This document shows, one piece after another, positions 25,731 to 36,211 of a stretch of DNA of 64,000 bases (the stretch's first letter is position 1; the number at the start of each line of letters is the position of its first letter). Under the pieces are notes generated by a model. The model searched no databases, was not told the DNA's origin, and saw only the letters and a list, made by a program, of their open reading frames with translations. The stretch is from Chloroflexota bacterium (GTDB lineage Bacteria; Chloroflexota; Dormibacteria; CF-121). The stretch spans positions 2,229 through 66,228 of the forward strand of contig VBEW01000016.1 of the NCBI GenBank assembly GCA_005889225.1. The letters run 5' to 3'. A program made the translations under genes and the position numbers.

Positions 25731-27113
25731 TTAGAGCACCTCCTGCAGGAACTGCGCCGCGGTCACGCCGTAGAAAACCCGGTGATCGACGGACAGGGTG
25801 ACCCGCATCCGTTTGCCGGGGACGACCTGCCCATCCTTGACGACCGCCTTGTCCTCGATCGACCCGACCGCCAGGATGCCGGAATCGGGCGGGTTGATGA
25901 TCGCGGTGAACTGGTCGACGTCGTACATGCCAAGGTTCGAGATGCTGAAGGTGTTGCCGAGGTAGTCCTGAGCGGCGGCCTTGTTCGTGCGCGCCCGCTC
26001 GATGAGCTGCTTCGACTCACGGGCAATGTCCTGGAGCGACTTCTGGTCGGCGTTGCGCAGCACCGGCACGATCAGCCGATCCGGCAGGCCGACCGCGATG
26101 CCGATGTTGATGTCGCGCTTGCGCTCGATCCGGCCATCGGCCCAGGAGGCATTGACCTCCGGAAACTTCGTTAGGGCCAGCGCCACGGCCTTGACGATCA
26201 GGTCGTTGATGCTGATGGCTTCCGACCTGTCGACCGCCTCGTTGAACATCTGGCGGAGGCGCACCGCGTCGTCCATGGCAATCTCGGAGGTCACATAGAA
26301 GTGCGGCGCCGAGAATTTGCTCTGCGCCAGCCGCATGGCGATGGTGGTCTGCATCTTCGACAGCTCGACGACCTCGACGTCTTCCTTCGGGCGGGGCGTT
26401 GGCTGACGTTCCTCGCGAGCCGGGGCTGCGGTTGGCGCGCTGGCGGGCTGGCGCTCGACTCGCGCGGCCGCCGCCTCGACGTCCTCCTTCGTAATTCGCC
26501 CGCCCGGTCCGCTGCCCTGGATCTGGCGCAGGTCGACTCCGTGCTCTTCGGCCAGCCGCCTGGCCACTGGCGAGACTCGCTGGCGTTCCCCGTTTTCCGG
26601 AGCGGCCGGGCGCCGGATCGCGCTCAACGCCGCCTGCGCCGCCGCCCCGACTTCGGTTCGGTCGTCGGGACCGCCGTGGGGATATTGCTCACCGCCGCTG
26701 TCCGCGGCCTGCTGGGCAGTCGCCGCCATCGCCTTGTCGGCCTGCGCGACGTGCGCCTCCGGCCTGGCGGCCTGCGCCTTGGGCGCCTCGGCACTTACTG
26801 CTTTTGCCTTCGGCTCAGGCTCGGCTGCCGGTGCCTGTTCCCCGGGTCCGGCGGGTTTTTCTGTCCGCGGCGCGGCGCCGCCATCGCCGATCTCCGCGAT
26901 CACCGCCCCGATCGGGGCGCTCTCGCCCTCGGGGACGACGATCTTGTTCAGCTTGCCGGAGGCGTAGGCCTCAACCTCGATGTTGGCCTTATCGCTCTCG
27001 ATCTCGACCAGCGGCTCGCCTTTCTTAACCTCCTCGCCTTCCTTCTTCAACCAGCGCAGGACCTTGCCGGTTTCCATCGAATCCGACAGGCGGGGCATCT
27101 GGACGTCGGCCAT
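25731..27113 (-). CDS. 2-oxoacid dehydrogenase complex E2 component (dihydrolipoamide acyltransferase)
   Basis: Lipoyl domain with IESDKANIEV, peripheral subunit-binding domain (SPVARRLAEEHGVDL), catalytic domain ending LSVDHRVFYG. Confidence 0.85.
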   Translation of the reverse strand: MADVQMPRLSDSMETGKVLRWLKKEGEEVKKGEPLVEIESDKANIEVEAYASGKLNKIVVPEGESAPIGAVIAEIGDGGAAPRTEKPAGPGEQAPAAEPEPKAKAVSAEAPKAQAARPEAHVAQADKAMAATAQQAADSGGEQYPHGGPDDRTEVGAAAQAALSAIRRPAAPENGERQRVSPVARRLAEEHGVDLRQIQGSGPGGRITKEDVEAAAARVERQPASAPTAAPAREERQPTPRPKEDVEVVELSKMQTTIAMRLAQSKFSAPHFYVTSEIAMDDAVRLRQMFNEAVDRSEAISINDLIVKAVALALTKFPEVNASWADGRIERKRDINIGIAVGLPDRLIVPVLRNADQKSLQDIARESKQLIERARTNKAAAQDYLGNTFSISNLGMYDVDQFTAIINPPDSGILAVGSIEDKAVVKDGQVVPGKRMRVTLSVDHRVFYGVTAAQFLQEVL

Positions 27114-27122
27114 GGGTGCCTG

Positions 27123-28103
27123 CTAGTTCTTTCCGAGGAGGGCCTTCGCGGTCACGACCACGTCGGCCTTGCCGGGAAAGGCGATCTTCTCCAGCCGTTT
27201 GTTGTAGGGAGCCGGGACTTCGGCCGCTCCGATCCGGGCGACCGGCGCGTCCAGGTAGTCGAACGCCTCCTCGTAGACGCGGGAGGCGATCTCCGAGCCG
27301 ACGCCATAGGATCGCCAGCCTTCCTCGACGGTGATCAGCCGGCTGGTCTTCTTGACCGACTCGATGACTGGCGCCATGTCGAGCGGCCGCAGCGCCCGCA
27401 TGTCGACGATCTCGGCGCTGATGCCCTCCTTTTCGAGTTCGCTGGCGGCATCCATGGCGACGATCAGCATCCGCGAGTGGGCGCAGATCGTGATGTCGTC
27501 GCCGGCCCGCTTCACCTCGTTCTTGTCCAGCGGTACCAGGTGCTCGCCGTCCGGGACCTCGCCCTTGACGGCGTAGGTGCCCTCGTTCTCGATGAACATC
27601 ACCGGGTTGTCATCGCGGATGGCGGACTTGAGCATGCCTTTAGCGTCGGCCGGGGTCCCGGGGGCAACCACCTTCAGGCCAGGCACATGGGCGAACCAGT
27701 TCTCGTGGCTGTGTGAGTGCTGCGCTCCCAGCTGGTGGCCACCGCCGCCCGGCGTGCGAATCACGAGCGGGACCTTCGTCCCACCACCGAACATGTAGCG
27801 GATGTGGGCGGCCGCGTTCACCACCTGGTCCATGGCGACCATGATGAAGTTGACCGTCATCATCTCGGCAACCGGTCGAAGTCCGGACATGGCCGCCCCG
27901 ATGGCGGTGCCGATGATGATCTCTTCGGCGATCGGGGTGTCGAGCACCCGCTTCTCGCCGAACTCTTTCATCAATCCGCGTGTCACCTTGAAAGATCCGT
28001 CGTAGAGGCCGATGTCCTCGCCGAGCAGGAACACGCTCTCATCGCGCTTCATCTCTTCGCGCAGCGCCTGGTTGAGGGCGTCACGCATGGCAAGCACGGC
28101 CAT
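27123..28103 (-). CDS. 2-oxoacid dehydrogenase E1 component beta subunit (transketolase-like)
   Basis: MAVLAMRDALNQALREEMKRDESVFLLGEDIG... E1beta profile; start ATG at 28103 overlapping E1alpha stop; track N-terminal extension is artefact. Confidence 0.85.
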   Translation of the reverse strand: MAVLAMRDALNQALREEMKRDESVFLLGEDIGLYDGSFKVTRGLMKEFGEKRVLDTPIAEEIIIGTAIGAAMSGLRPVAEMMTVNFIMVAMDQVVNAAAHIRYMFGGGTKVPLVIRTPGGGGHQLGAQHSHSHENWFAHVPGLKVVAPGTPADAKGMLKSAIRDDNPVMFIENEGTYAVKGEVPDGEHLVPLDKNEVKRAGDDITICAHSRMLIVAMDAASELEKEGISAEIVDMRALRPLDMAPVIESVKKTSRLITVEEGWRSYGVGSEIASRVYEEAFDYLDAPVARIGAAEVPAPYNKRLEKIAFPGKADVVVTAKALLGKN

Positions 28104-29119
28104 CAGGCGGCGCCCTCCCCGGCATAGACGTCGCGGTAGAGGTCTTTGGGATCCGGTTCGGGGCTCTCCTCGGCGAACTTGACGGCGTCCTCCACCTGGG
28201 CGGTGATCTCCTCGTCGATCCGCTCGATCTCCTCGTTGGTCAGCATCTTCTGTTTCTTCATGTGCTCGCCCAGGCTGAGAATCGGATCTCGGGTCTGCCA
28301 CTCTTTGATCTCGTCCTTGCCCCGGTAGGTGTCCGGGTCGGACATCGAGTGGCCGCGATAGCGGTAGGTCACACACTCGAGCAGGCTCGGCTCGTGCTCC
28401 TCGCGCGCCTGCGCCACCAGCTGGTCGGTGATCCGGCGGACGGCCAGCACGTCCATGCCGTCCACCCGCTCGCTCGTCATGTCATAGGCGCAAGCCTTCT
28501 TCCAGATCTCGGTCACCGCCGACGCGCGGTTCACCGCGGTGCCCATCCCGTAGAGGTTGTTGACGCAGACGAACACGATCGGCAGGTGCCAGAGCTTGGC
28601 GACATTCAGCGATTCGTGGAAGGCGCCGATGTTGGTGGCGCCGTCACCGAAGCTGCTCATCACCACGTCGTCCGTCCCCTTGTAATTGATGGCATACGCG
28701 CTCCCGCACGCAATCGGCAGCGCCTGACCGACGATGGCATACCCGCCGTAGAAACGTCGGTCCGCACTGAACAGGTGCATCGATCCGCCGCGCCCGTGCG
28801 AGGTGCCCGTCTCCTTGCCGAAAAGCTCGGCCATCACCGCCCGGGGATCGATCCCCTTGGCGATCGCGTGCCCGTGCTCGCGGTAGGTGCTGTAGACGTA
28901 ATCCGTCGGCCGGAGCGCCGAGATGGTGCCGACGATGGTGGCCTCCTCCCCGATGTTGAGGTGGCAGAAGCCGCCGATCTTGGCCGCCTGGTACATCTCC
29001 GCGGTCTTCTCCTCGAATCGCCGAATGAGGAGCATCTCGCGGTAGAGGTTGAGCAGGCTGGCCTTGTCCGTGAACGCTTCCTTCGATTTGCTATCGGCCG
29101 GGCGCTGCTCGACTTTCAT
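28103..29119 (-). CDS. 2-oxoacid dehydrogenase E1 component alpha subunit (TPP-dependent)
   Basis: LYREMLLIRRFEEK, GFCHLNIGEEA, TPP-binding GDGATNIG...VCVNNLYGMGT; ATG at 29119 with AGGAGCGG SD. Confidence 0.85.
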   Translation of the reverse strand: MKVEQRPADSKSKEAFTDKASLLNLYREMLLIRRFEEKTAEMYQAAKIGGFCHLNIGEEATIVGTISALRPTDYVYSTYREHGHAIAKGIDPRAVMAELFGKETGTSHGRGGSMHLFSADRRFYGGYAIVGQALPIACGSAYAINYKGTDDVVMSSFGDGATNIGAFHESLNVAKLWHLPIVFVCVNNLYGMGTAVNRASAVTEIWKKACAYDMTSERVDGMDVLAVRRITDQLVAQAREEHEPSLLECVTYRYRGHSMSDPDTYRGKDEIKEWQTRDPILSLGEHMKKQKMLTNEEIERIDEEITAQVEDAVKFAEESPEPDPKDLYRDVYAGEGAA

Positions 29120-29175
29120 TGCCGCTCCTGGAACTGAGACTGCTGGATTAGTTGCAAAATCAGTTCTATTGTATT

Positions 29176-29210
29176 CATAGAGATCTTCTATGGATGCCCG
29201 CGCGGCCATA
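29176..29210. promoter_or_regulatory. AT-rich promoter region with overlapping palindromes CATAGA-gatct-TCTATG and CTATGG-n12-CCATAG upstream of E1alpha
   Basis: Perfect inverted repeats in the 126-nt low-GC intergenic region 60-90 nt upstream of the operon start codon. Confidence 0.3.
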
Positions 29211-29245
29211 GTTCCATCGCCCAAGCCGGTATACGCAGCGGAGCG

Positions 29246-30292
29246 TTAGCCGGCCTGATCCGCCGTCGCGACGTGGCAGGCGGCCGTGTGGTCGGGCCGT
29301 AGCTCTCGAAGACGCGGGGTGACCTGCGAACAGAGTTCGATCGCGTATGGGCAGCGTCCGCGGAACCGGCAACCCTCTCCCGGATCGACGACCCGGGGCG
29401 GCTCGCCGACATCGGCGGACGGCATGCTGCTGACGGGGGCGCGCGGATCGGGCACGGCCGAGAGGAGCAACTGCGTGTACGGATGCTTGGGGTGGGCAAG
29501 CACATCCTCGGAGGGGCCGCTTTCCACCACGTGGCCGGCGTACATGACCAGCAACCGATCGGCAACGTATCGGGCGCTGGCGATGTCGTGGGTGATGTAG
29601 AGAATCGAGATGCCGCGCTCCGCGCGCAACTGCGCCATCAGGTTGAGCACGCCGATTCGTACCGAGACGTCGAGCATGGACACAGGCTCGTCGGCAAGGA
29701 TCAACTCGGGTGATGAGGCCAGGGCCTGCGCAAATCCGATCCGCTGGCGCTGGCCGCCGCTCAGCTCGTGGGGATATTTCGCCAGGAAGCGCCCTGGCGG
29801 CGTCAACCCCACGGATTCGAGGACTCGCTCCGCTTCCGCCCGCCGGTCGCCCGGCCGCAGATCGGGCCGGTGCAATTTGAGGGCCCGCATGATGCCGTGG
29901 GACACTCGATACACCGGGTTGAGCGAGCTGTAGGGATCCTGGAAGACCATCGGCACCCGGCCGCGGTAATCGAGCACGTCGCGGCGAGCTCGCAGCGAGC
30001 TCAGCGGCCTGCCTTTGAAGCGGACCTCGCCGCGAGTCGGCCGATAGATCAGCGCCAGCAGCCGGGCCACCGTGCTCTTTCCGCTGCCACTTTCTCCGAC
30101 CAGCGCGACGATCTGTCGCTGCGCGATCGAGAGGTCGATATCGTCGGCCGCATGGAGAAAGCGCGGTGCGAAGAGTCCACCGACGCGAAAGTGCTTGGTC
30201 AGCCCTGAGGTCTCGATGACGCTGGTCAACGTGGCCGACTTAGGCTGCGCCCCCGCCTCGCTGGGCGCAGCACGGTCAATGATCGCGGCCAT
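29246..30292 (-). CDS. ABC transporter ATP-binding protein (OppF/DppF-like)
   Basis: Walker A GESGSGKST, signature LSGGQRQR, oligopeptide-type C-terminal extension. Confidence 0.8.
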   Translation of the reverse strand: MAAIIDRAAPSEAGAQPKSATLTSVIETSGLTKHFRVGGLFAPRFLHAADDIDLSIAQRQIVALVGESGSGKSTVARLLALIYRPTRGEVRFKGRPLSSLRARRDVLDYRGRVPMVFQDPYSSLNPVYRVSHGIMRALKLHRPDLRPGDRRAEAERVLESVGLTPPGRFLAKYPHELSGGQRQRIGFAQALASSPELILADEPVSMLDVSVRIGVLNLMAQLRAERGISILYITHDIASARYVADRLLVMYAGHVVESGPSEDVLAHPKHPYTQLLLSAVPDPRAPVSSMPSADVGEPPRVVDPGEGCRFRGRCPYAIELCSQVTPRLRELRPDHTAACHVATADQAG

Positions 30293-31247
30293 AACGGTGA
30301 CACCGAACCAGCGTGTTTCCGACTGTCGTAAGGGGCGGCTCTTCGATCCGGAAGCGCGGTTCCACCAGGGGACAGCGTGGATGAAAGCGGCAACCGGCCG
30401 GTGGATGGAGGAGATCCGGTGGGCTGCCGGGGATCCCCTGCAGCACCTCCTTCGGACCGGTGATCGAGGGAAACGAAGCCATCAGGGCGCTGGTGTAGGG
30501 ATGCTTCGGATCGCGAAACAGCTCGCGGGTGTCGCCCAGCTCCACGATCTGGCCCGCGTACATCACGGCGAGCCGATCGGAGAAGTGGCTGACGAGCGAC
30601 ATGTCGTGGGTCACGAACAAGGCGGCGAAGCCGATCTGGCGCTGCAGCTCCTTGATCTCGAGCATCAGGGATCGCTGGGCGACCACGTCGAGCGCCGAGG
30701 TCGGCTCGTCCATGATCACGAGGTCGGGCGTGAAGATCAGCGCCATTGCGATCATCGCCCGTTGCCGCATGCCGCCGCTGAGCTGGTGCGGGTAGCTCTT
30801 GAGATGGAGAGGATCGATCCCGACCAGGCGCAGCAGCGACGCGGACCGCTCCTGGGCTGAGCGCGCCGGCATCGACTCGTGGGCCGCGATGGTGTCCTCC
30901 AGCTGGGCACCAACCGTCAGCACCGGGTTGAGCGCGTTCATGGCGCTCTGCATCACCACCGAGTAGTCGCGCCAGCGGATCTCTCGGAGGGCCTCCTCAT
31001 CCATCCCCAGCAGGTCCCGTCCATGGAGACGGACGCTCCCGCCGACGACGTCGCATGAGGGACTGAGCAGGCGGGCGATGGCGAACAGGAGCGTCGATTT
31101 GCCGCAGCCCGACTCGCCCACGATGCCGACGAACTCCCCGGGCGTCAGATCCAGCGACACATGGTCGACGGCGCGCACCGGACCGGCGTCGGTGGCGTAC
31201 TCCACCGTCAGGTCCTCGACTTCGAGCAGCGGCTTTACAGAGATCAC
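30276..31247 (-). CDS. ABC transporter ATP-binding protein (OppD/DppD-like)
   Basis: GESGCGKST, LSGGMRQR, Walker B LVIMDEPTSALD. Confidence 0.8.
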   Translation of the reverse strand: MISVKPLLEVEDLTVEYATDAGPVRAVDHVSLDLTPGEFVGIVGESGCGKSTLLFAIARLLSPSCDVVGGSVRLHGRDLLGMDEEALREIRWRDYSVVMQSAMNALNPVLTVGAQLEDTIAAHESMPARSAQERSASLLRLVGIDPLHLKSYPHQLSGGMRQRAMIAMALIFTPDLVIMDEPTSALDVVAQRSLMLEIKELQRQIGFAALFVTHDMSLVSHFSDRLAVMYAGQIVELGDTRELFRDPKHPYTSALMASFPSITGPKEVLQGIPGSPPDLLHPPAGCRFHPRCPLVEPRFRIEEPPLTTVGNTLVRCHRYGRDH

Positions 31248-32170
31248 CGGCGACGCCGAACCGGCCGTAGCGCCGGATTGGTGATCTCGTCAAAGGCGTA
31301 GTTGAGCAGCGCAAAGGCGGCACCAAGCAGGCCGATGCAGAGCCCGGGCACGATCGCCCACAGCGGAGAGCCGGCGTTGAGCGCGCCGTTGTTCTGCGCC
31401 CAGAACAGCATGGTGCCCCAGCTCATGTCGCTGGGATTACCAAGCCCGATGAACTGCAAGCCGGCCGCCGCCAGCACCGCGTAGAGCGCCACGCCCAGGA
31501 AATTGGCCACGATCAGCGAGGTCATCGTCGGCAGGATTTCGAAGACGATCACGTACCCGCTCCGCTCCCCGCGAACCCGAGCGGCGTCGAGGAATTCGCG
31601 GTTGCGAAGCGAAAGCGCTTGCGAGCGTAACTGCCGTGCCCCGTACGACCAACCCGTGACTACGATCACCGAGATCAGCACCGCGAGCCCGCCATTTCTC
31701 GCATAGGCTGCCAGCACGATCATTAGCGGAAGAGTCGGGATCACCAGGAACACGTCGGTCACCAGCGAAAGGACGTGATCGCTCAGCCCGCCGAGATAGG
31801 CTGAGGACACGCCGATCAAGAGCGAGATGCCGGTCGCCAGCAAGCCGGCGATGATCGCGATGGCCAGCGACTCGCGCGTGCCCCAGATCAGCTGCGAGAA
31901 GATGTCCTGCCCATTACCAGTGGTCCCGAGCAGGTGCTCCCTGGAGGGACCCAGGGTCTGCGCGAAGATCTGGGCGTGCGGGTCGTAGGGGGCAAGCATC
32001 CCGGGGATGATCGCAAGCACCAGGAAGATGCCGAGGATGATGACGCCGGCCAGCGCCTTGCGGTTGCCGAGCAGGGCCCGGCCGACGATGTGCAGGCCGC
32101 CGGCCTCGGGGCGGGCGGCCTCGGCTTGAATCGCGCTCTGGTCGGCGACGAGCCGAACATCCAGCCCCAC
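31244..32170 (-). CDS. ABC transporter permease (OppC/DppC-like)
   Basis: BPD_transp_1 type permease with N-terminal OppC-like region. Confidence 0.8.
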   Translation of the reverse strand: MGLDVRLVADQSAIQAEAARPEAGGLHIVGRALLGNRKALAGVIILGIFLVLAIIPGMLAPYDPHAQIFAQTLGPSREHLLGTTGNGQDIFSQLIWGTRESLAIAIIAGLLATGISLLIGVSSAYLGGLSDHVLSLVTDVFLVIPTLPLMIVLAAYARNGGLAVLISVIVVTGWSYGARQLRSQALSLRNREFLDAARVRGERSGYVIVFEILPTMTSLIVANFLGVALYAVLAAAGLQFIGLGNPSDMSWGTMLFWAQNNGALNAGSPLWAIVPGLCIGLLGAAFALLNYAFDEITNPALRPVRRRR

Positions 32171-32180
32171 GGCTTGCTCC

Positions 32181-33164
32181 TTACCCCCGCTCCCGGGTCC
32201 GAGGATCGAGCCAGGCGGTCAGAAAGTCGGCGACCATCACCGCCAGCAAGACCGCCACGGTGATCAAGAGAAAGAGGGTTTGCATCAGCGAGAAGTCCTC
32301 GTTCTTCACGGCCTGCAGCAGGAAGGTGCCCAGCCCCGGGTAGTTGAAGACGATTTCGACGAGCAGGGCGCCGCTGATGACGAAGCCAAGCGACATCGCG
32401 AACCCCACCAGGTTGGGCAGGATCGCGTTCCGGGCCGCGTACTGGAACATGATTCGGGTCGGCGACAGCCCCTTCGCCCGGGCCATCTTGATGTAGTCCT
32501 CGGCCAGGGTGGTGATCATGTTGTTGCGCATCGTCAGGATCCAGCCGCCGATCGATGTCAGCACGATGGTGAACGCGGGCAGAATCGAATGCCAGAGCAC
32601 GTCCGAGATGAAGGTCCAGGACAACTCGCTGGTCACCTCGGAACTGTTGCCGAACGCCTGCGGGAACCAGCCCAGCGTGATGGCGAACACCAGGATGCAG
32701 ATCAGGCCGATCCAGAAGTAGGGAAACGCCGAAGTCACGACGAAGATGGGGGGCAGCACGCTGTCCAGGATGCCGCCCCGGCGCCAGGCGCCGAGGATCC
32801 CGATCAGCGTGCCCAGCAAAAAGGCAATCAAGGTCGCCGTGCCGACCAGCCCGAGGGTCCAGGGCAGGGCCAGCATGATCACGTGGCTGACGCGCTGTGG
32901 ATAGAAGCCCAGGGAGACGCCGAAATCGCCCCGCAGCATGTTCCCCATGTACGAGAGGTACTGCTGGATCGCGTTCTGGTCGTTGCGGATGCCCAGCGCC
33001 ACCTCCAGGCTCTTGATGGTGGCCGGCTGGATGCGGCCGTGGAAGCGGGTGAGCAAGGCCACCTCGGGGCCGCCCGGAAGCAACCGCGGCAGGATGAAGT
33101 TGAGGGTGAGTGCGGCCCACAGCGTCACCACGAAGAACTCGAGGCGCCGGACCAGGTACCGCAC
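32181..33164 (-). CDS. ABC transporter permease (OppB/DppB-like)
   Basis: Typical OppB N-terminus MRYLVRRLEFFVVTLWAALTLNFIL and permease core. Confidence 0.8.
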   Translation of the reverse strand: MRYLVRRLEFFVVTLWAALTLNFILPRLLPGGPEVALLTRFHGRIQPATIKSLEVALGIRNDQNAIQQYLSYMGNMLRGDFGVSLGFYPQRVSHVIMLALPWTLGLVGTATLIAFLLGTLIGILGAWRRGGILDSVLPPIFVVTSAFPYFWIGLICILVFAITLGWFPQAFGNSSEVTSELSWTFISDVLWHSILPAFTIVLTSIGGWILTMRNNMITTLAEDYIKMARAKGLSPTRIMFQYAARNAILPNLVGFAMSLGFVISGALLVEIVFNYPGLGTFLLQAVKNEDFSLMQTLFLLITVAVLLAVMVADFLTAWLDPRTRERG

Positions 33165-33177
33165 TCCCGCTACATCC

Positions 33178-34845
33178 TTACGACTTGTGCACCCTCAACA
33201 GCGTCTGCTCCCAATCGGGGATGTTCCAGGGCGCCGGGGCCGCGTAGGGATCGTCCTTGGTCGGCCAGCCGGCGAAGCCCTTCGTGCTGTACTGGTACCA
33301 GGCCACGCTCTCCGTCACCGGGATGACGGGCACCTGCTCCAGCATGATCCCCTGGATTTGCTTCATGATCCGATGCTGCTCGGCGCTGTCCGTGGTGCTG
33401 CCAAAATCCTCGATCAGCTTATCGGTCGTCGCGTCGGTCCAGCGCTGGTAGTCGCCGGATGCCGTTTCTCCGATGGCGGCCGAGGTCTTGCTGTACAGGG
33501 TGTTGCGCAGCTCGTAGTAGGGATTCGGCCCCGGCGAGGTTGACAGCGATCCATACGCCAGCTGGAACTGGCCGTTGAACAGCTTGTTGAAATAGTCGTC
33601 GTGCGACAGGTCCTGCTCCTTGATCTCGATGCCGATCTGCTTCAGGTTGTCCTGCACCACTTGCAGGGAGGCGGTCCAGTCGGTGTAGCCGGCGATGCTG
33701 AGCACCGTGAACGACAGCTTCTTGCCTGATGCATCCTTGAAGATCCCGTCACTGCCCTTGGTGAAGCCGGCGCCTTGCAAGAGCGACTGCGCCTTCGCCG
33801 GATCGAACTTGTAGTTGTACTTCGCCGCCTGGCTCGAGTCGTACCAGTCGTTGAATGTCGGGATCACGATCCCGGTCTGGCTCCCGGGCGGCTGGTAGCC
33901 GTATTCGCCGATCCTCGAGACCTTGGGGCGATCGATGCCGAAGGCGATTGCCTGGCGGACTTCCTTCTTGTTGAAGGGCGCCATGGTCAGGTTCATGAAG
34001 AGGTTGACGTTCTGAATTGGCGGGAACCAGTAATGGTGGTTAGCTTTGTCCTTGGCCACGTAGTACTGGTCGATGTTGGGGATGAACTGGCCGCCCCATT
34101 GCGCTTGCCCGCTGGCGAGGTACGCATTCGCCGGGTCGTTGTCGAGGAAGGCCGGGTAGTTGACCTTATCGAGGTAAGGCTTCCCGGACTGCCAGTAACT
34201 GGCGTTGCGGACGTACGGGATGTTCTGCGGTGTGCAATCGCCCATCGTGAACGGGCCGGTGCCGATTGGTTTCGGATTGTTATCGCTGACCGGGTCGGTG
34301 ATCTTCGACCAGATGTGCTCCGGGACGATCGGCTGCTGCCCGGCGATGTAATAGAAGTAGGGCACCGCGGCCGACTGAAATGTCATCACGACCTGGTCAG
34401 ACCCTTCCTGCTTGACGTCCGAAAGGACTGACCAGACCGATTGCAGATCGAGGGCATTGTTCGTCTTGATCAGGTTGAAGGTGTAAACGACGTCCTTGGC
34501 CGTGAACGGCTGGCCGTCACTCCACTTGACGCCGGAACGGACCGTGAAGGTCAGCGTCTTGCTGTCGCTGCTCCACTTGTAGGCGCTGGCCAGCATCGGC
34601 GTCGGCTTGCCGTTGAGCAGATTGACGTAGACCAGCGGCTCGTAGATGGGGCCAAAGGCCAGGAAGTTGACGTTGCCATTGAACGGGTTGAATCCGCAGG
34701 ACCATAGGGTCCCGCTTTCGTTGTCGATCGTGAGCGTCCCGCCCGTGGACGGCGTGGATGTCGTCGCCGACGGATTGCCGCAGGCGCCAACAAGCACTGC
34801 GAGTGCCGCCAGCATGCCGATGATCGCGTATCGTCGTCGTCCCAT
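33178..34845 (-). CDS. ABC transporter substrate-binding lipoprotein, family 5 (oligopeptide/oligosaccharide-type)
   Basis: SBP_bac_5 profile; lipobox LVGAC after signal peptide; ATG at 34845 with AGGAGGG SD (track start further upstream rejected). Confidence 0.8.
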   Translation of the reverse strand: MGRRRYAIIGMLAALAVLVGACGNPSATTSTPSTGGTLTIDNESGTLWSCGFNPFNGNVNFLAFGPIYEPLVYVNLLNGKPTPMLASAYKWSSDSKTLTFTVRSGVKWSDGQPFTAKDVVYTFNLIKTNNALDLQSVWSVLSDVKQEGSDQVVMTFQSAAVPYFYYIAGQQPIVPEHIWSKITDPVSDNNPKPIGTGPFTMGDCTPQNIPYVRNASYWQSGKPYLDKVNYPAFLDNDPANAYLASGQAQWGGQFIPNIDQYYVAKDKANHHYWFPPIQNVNLFMNLTMAPFNKKEVRQAIAFGIDRPKVSRIGEYGYQPPGSQTGIVIPTFNDWYDSSQAAKYNYKFDPAKAQSLLQGAGFTKGSDGIFKDASGKKLSFTVLSIAGYTDWTASLQVVQDNLKQIGIEIKEQDLSHDDYFNKLFNGQFQLAYGSLSTSPGPNPYYELRNTLYSKTSAAIGETASGDYQRWTDATTDKLIEDFGSTTDSAEQHRIMKQIQGIMLEQVPVIPVTESVAWYQYSTKGFAGWPTKDDPYAAPAPWNIPDWEQTLLRVHKS

Positions 34846-34879
34846 TCCTAACCCTCCTAGCTTGGCAATATCGTTGTCT

Positions 34880-36142
34880 TCACTCCGCCGCCTCGTGAAC
34901 CTGTCGTCCTGGTCGCCGTGCAAACACCCGCTCCCGTGCCGCTTCTAGAGCGATTGCCACCGCCCCTTGCAGGACCGCGTCGTCGCCGAGCGCGGACACC
35001 GCGACGCGCGGCTTGAACGGCATCAGCTGGCGCAACTCGCGCTCAATGGGTTCCAACAGCAGGTCGCCGTTGCGGCCGACGCCCCCGCCGAGAATGACGA
35101 TCTCGGGGTCGAGCACCGGGGTGATGGTGGCGATCGCCAGCGCCAGCCGGGCCGCCTCGGTCTGCACCACCTTCATGGCCGTGCGGTTCCCGCGGCGCGC
35201 GGCGCTAAAGATGGTTTCCGCGCTGAGGGGGCTACGCATTCCGAGCGCCTTCGCCTGGCGGACGATGCCGGCCGCCGCTGCGGTTTCCTCGAAGGCGCCG
35301 CGCCGCCGGTTCGCGGGGTCGCGGGGATCAGCCGGGCCGATCGGAAGATAGGCGATCTCGCCGGCGGCGCCGTGGGCGCCGCGCCGGAGTTGGCCGTCGA
35401 TCACCAACGCCAGGCCAATGCCGGTGCCCACCGACAGGAAGGCGAAGTTTGCCAGGTTGCGGCCGAGGCCGTGCGCGCGCTCGGCGAGCGCGGCCAGGTT
35501 GACATCGTTCTCGAACGTGACGTTCGTCCCCAATTGCTCGCGCACCGCCTCCACGAGGCCGTGCCGTCCCCAGCCGGGAAGATTGGGGGCCATGGCGACG
35601 TAGCCGTGGACCGGATCGAAGACGCCCGGGCTCCCGAGCGCCGCGTGCGTGACTTGCGACCACTCCACGCCGGCCTCACCGGCCAGCCGATGGGCGATCG
35701 ATCCGATTTGTCCGATCAGCGAGCGCGCGCTGGAGACTCGGGCTCGCTCGTCGCGACGGGCAACGACGCGGCCCGCGATGTCGGCGATGGCGGCCCGCAC
35801 CCAGTTGCGGCCGACGTCGATTCCCACCACCCAGCCGGCGGCCGGGTTCAGCTCGTAGAGCAGCGCGCTGGGGCCGCGATCACCGCGCGAACGGCCAACC
35901 TCACGCACCAGCCGGGCATCGAGCAACCCGGACAGGGCCAGAGAGACCGTGGGTTTGGAAAGGCCGCTGACTCGCGCCACCTGGGCGCGAGACAGGGGAC
36001 CGCGACGATGGATCAGCTCCAGCACGGAGCGCTCGTTGATGGCGCGCAGCAGGCTTGGTGTGCCGGCCGTGATGCTGACCTCACGCAGTCCACCTCCATC
36101 CACGGAGGGTCGCTCCAGCAAGCCTCTTGACAGCGCATCCAT
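34880..36142 (-). CDS. ROK family transcriptional regulator (NagC/XylR-like)
   Basis: N-terminal wHTH (LSRAQVARVSGLSKPTVSLALSGL) plus ROK sugar-kinase-like domain. Confidence 0.8.
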   Translation of the reverse strand: MDALSRGLLERPSVDGGGLREVSITAGTPSLLRAINERSVLELIHRRGPLSRAQVARVSGLSKPTVSLALSGLLDARLVREVGRSRGDRGPSALLYELNPAAGWVVGIDVGRNWVRAAIADIAGRVVARRDERARVSSARSLIGQIGSIAHRLAGEAGVEWSQVTHAALGSPGVFDPVHGYVAMAPNLPGWGRHGLVEAVREQLGTNVTFENDVNLAALAERAHGLGRNLANFAFLSVGTGIGLALVIDGQLRRGAHGAAGEIAYLPIGPADPRDPANRRRGAFEETAAAAGIVRQAKALGMRSPLSAETIFSAARRGNRTAMKVVQTEAARLALAIATITPVLDPEIVILGGGVGRNGDLLLEPIERELRQLMPFKPRVAVSALGDDAVLQGAVAIALEAARERVFARRPGRQVHEAAE

Positions 36143-36211
36143 AGTTAGGAAGAATTCCTTACGAAACGATAGACGTCGGTGGCGCCTTCGTCAAGAGGGA
36201 AAATGGCTCGA

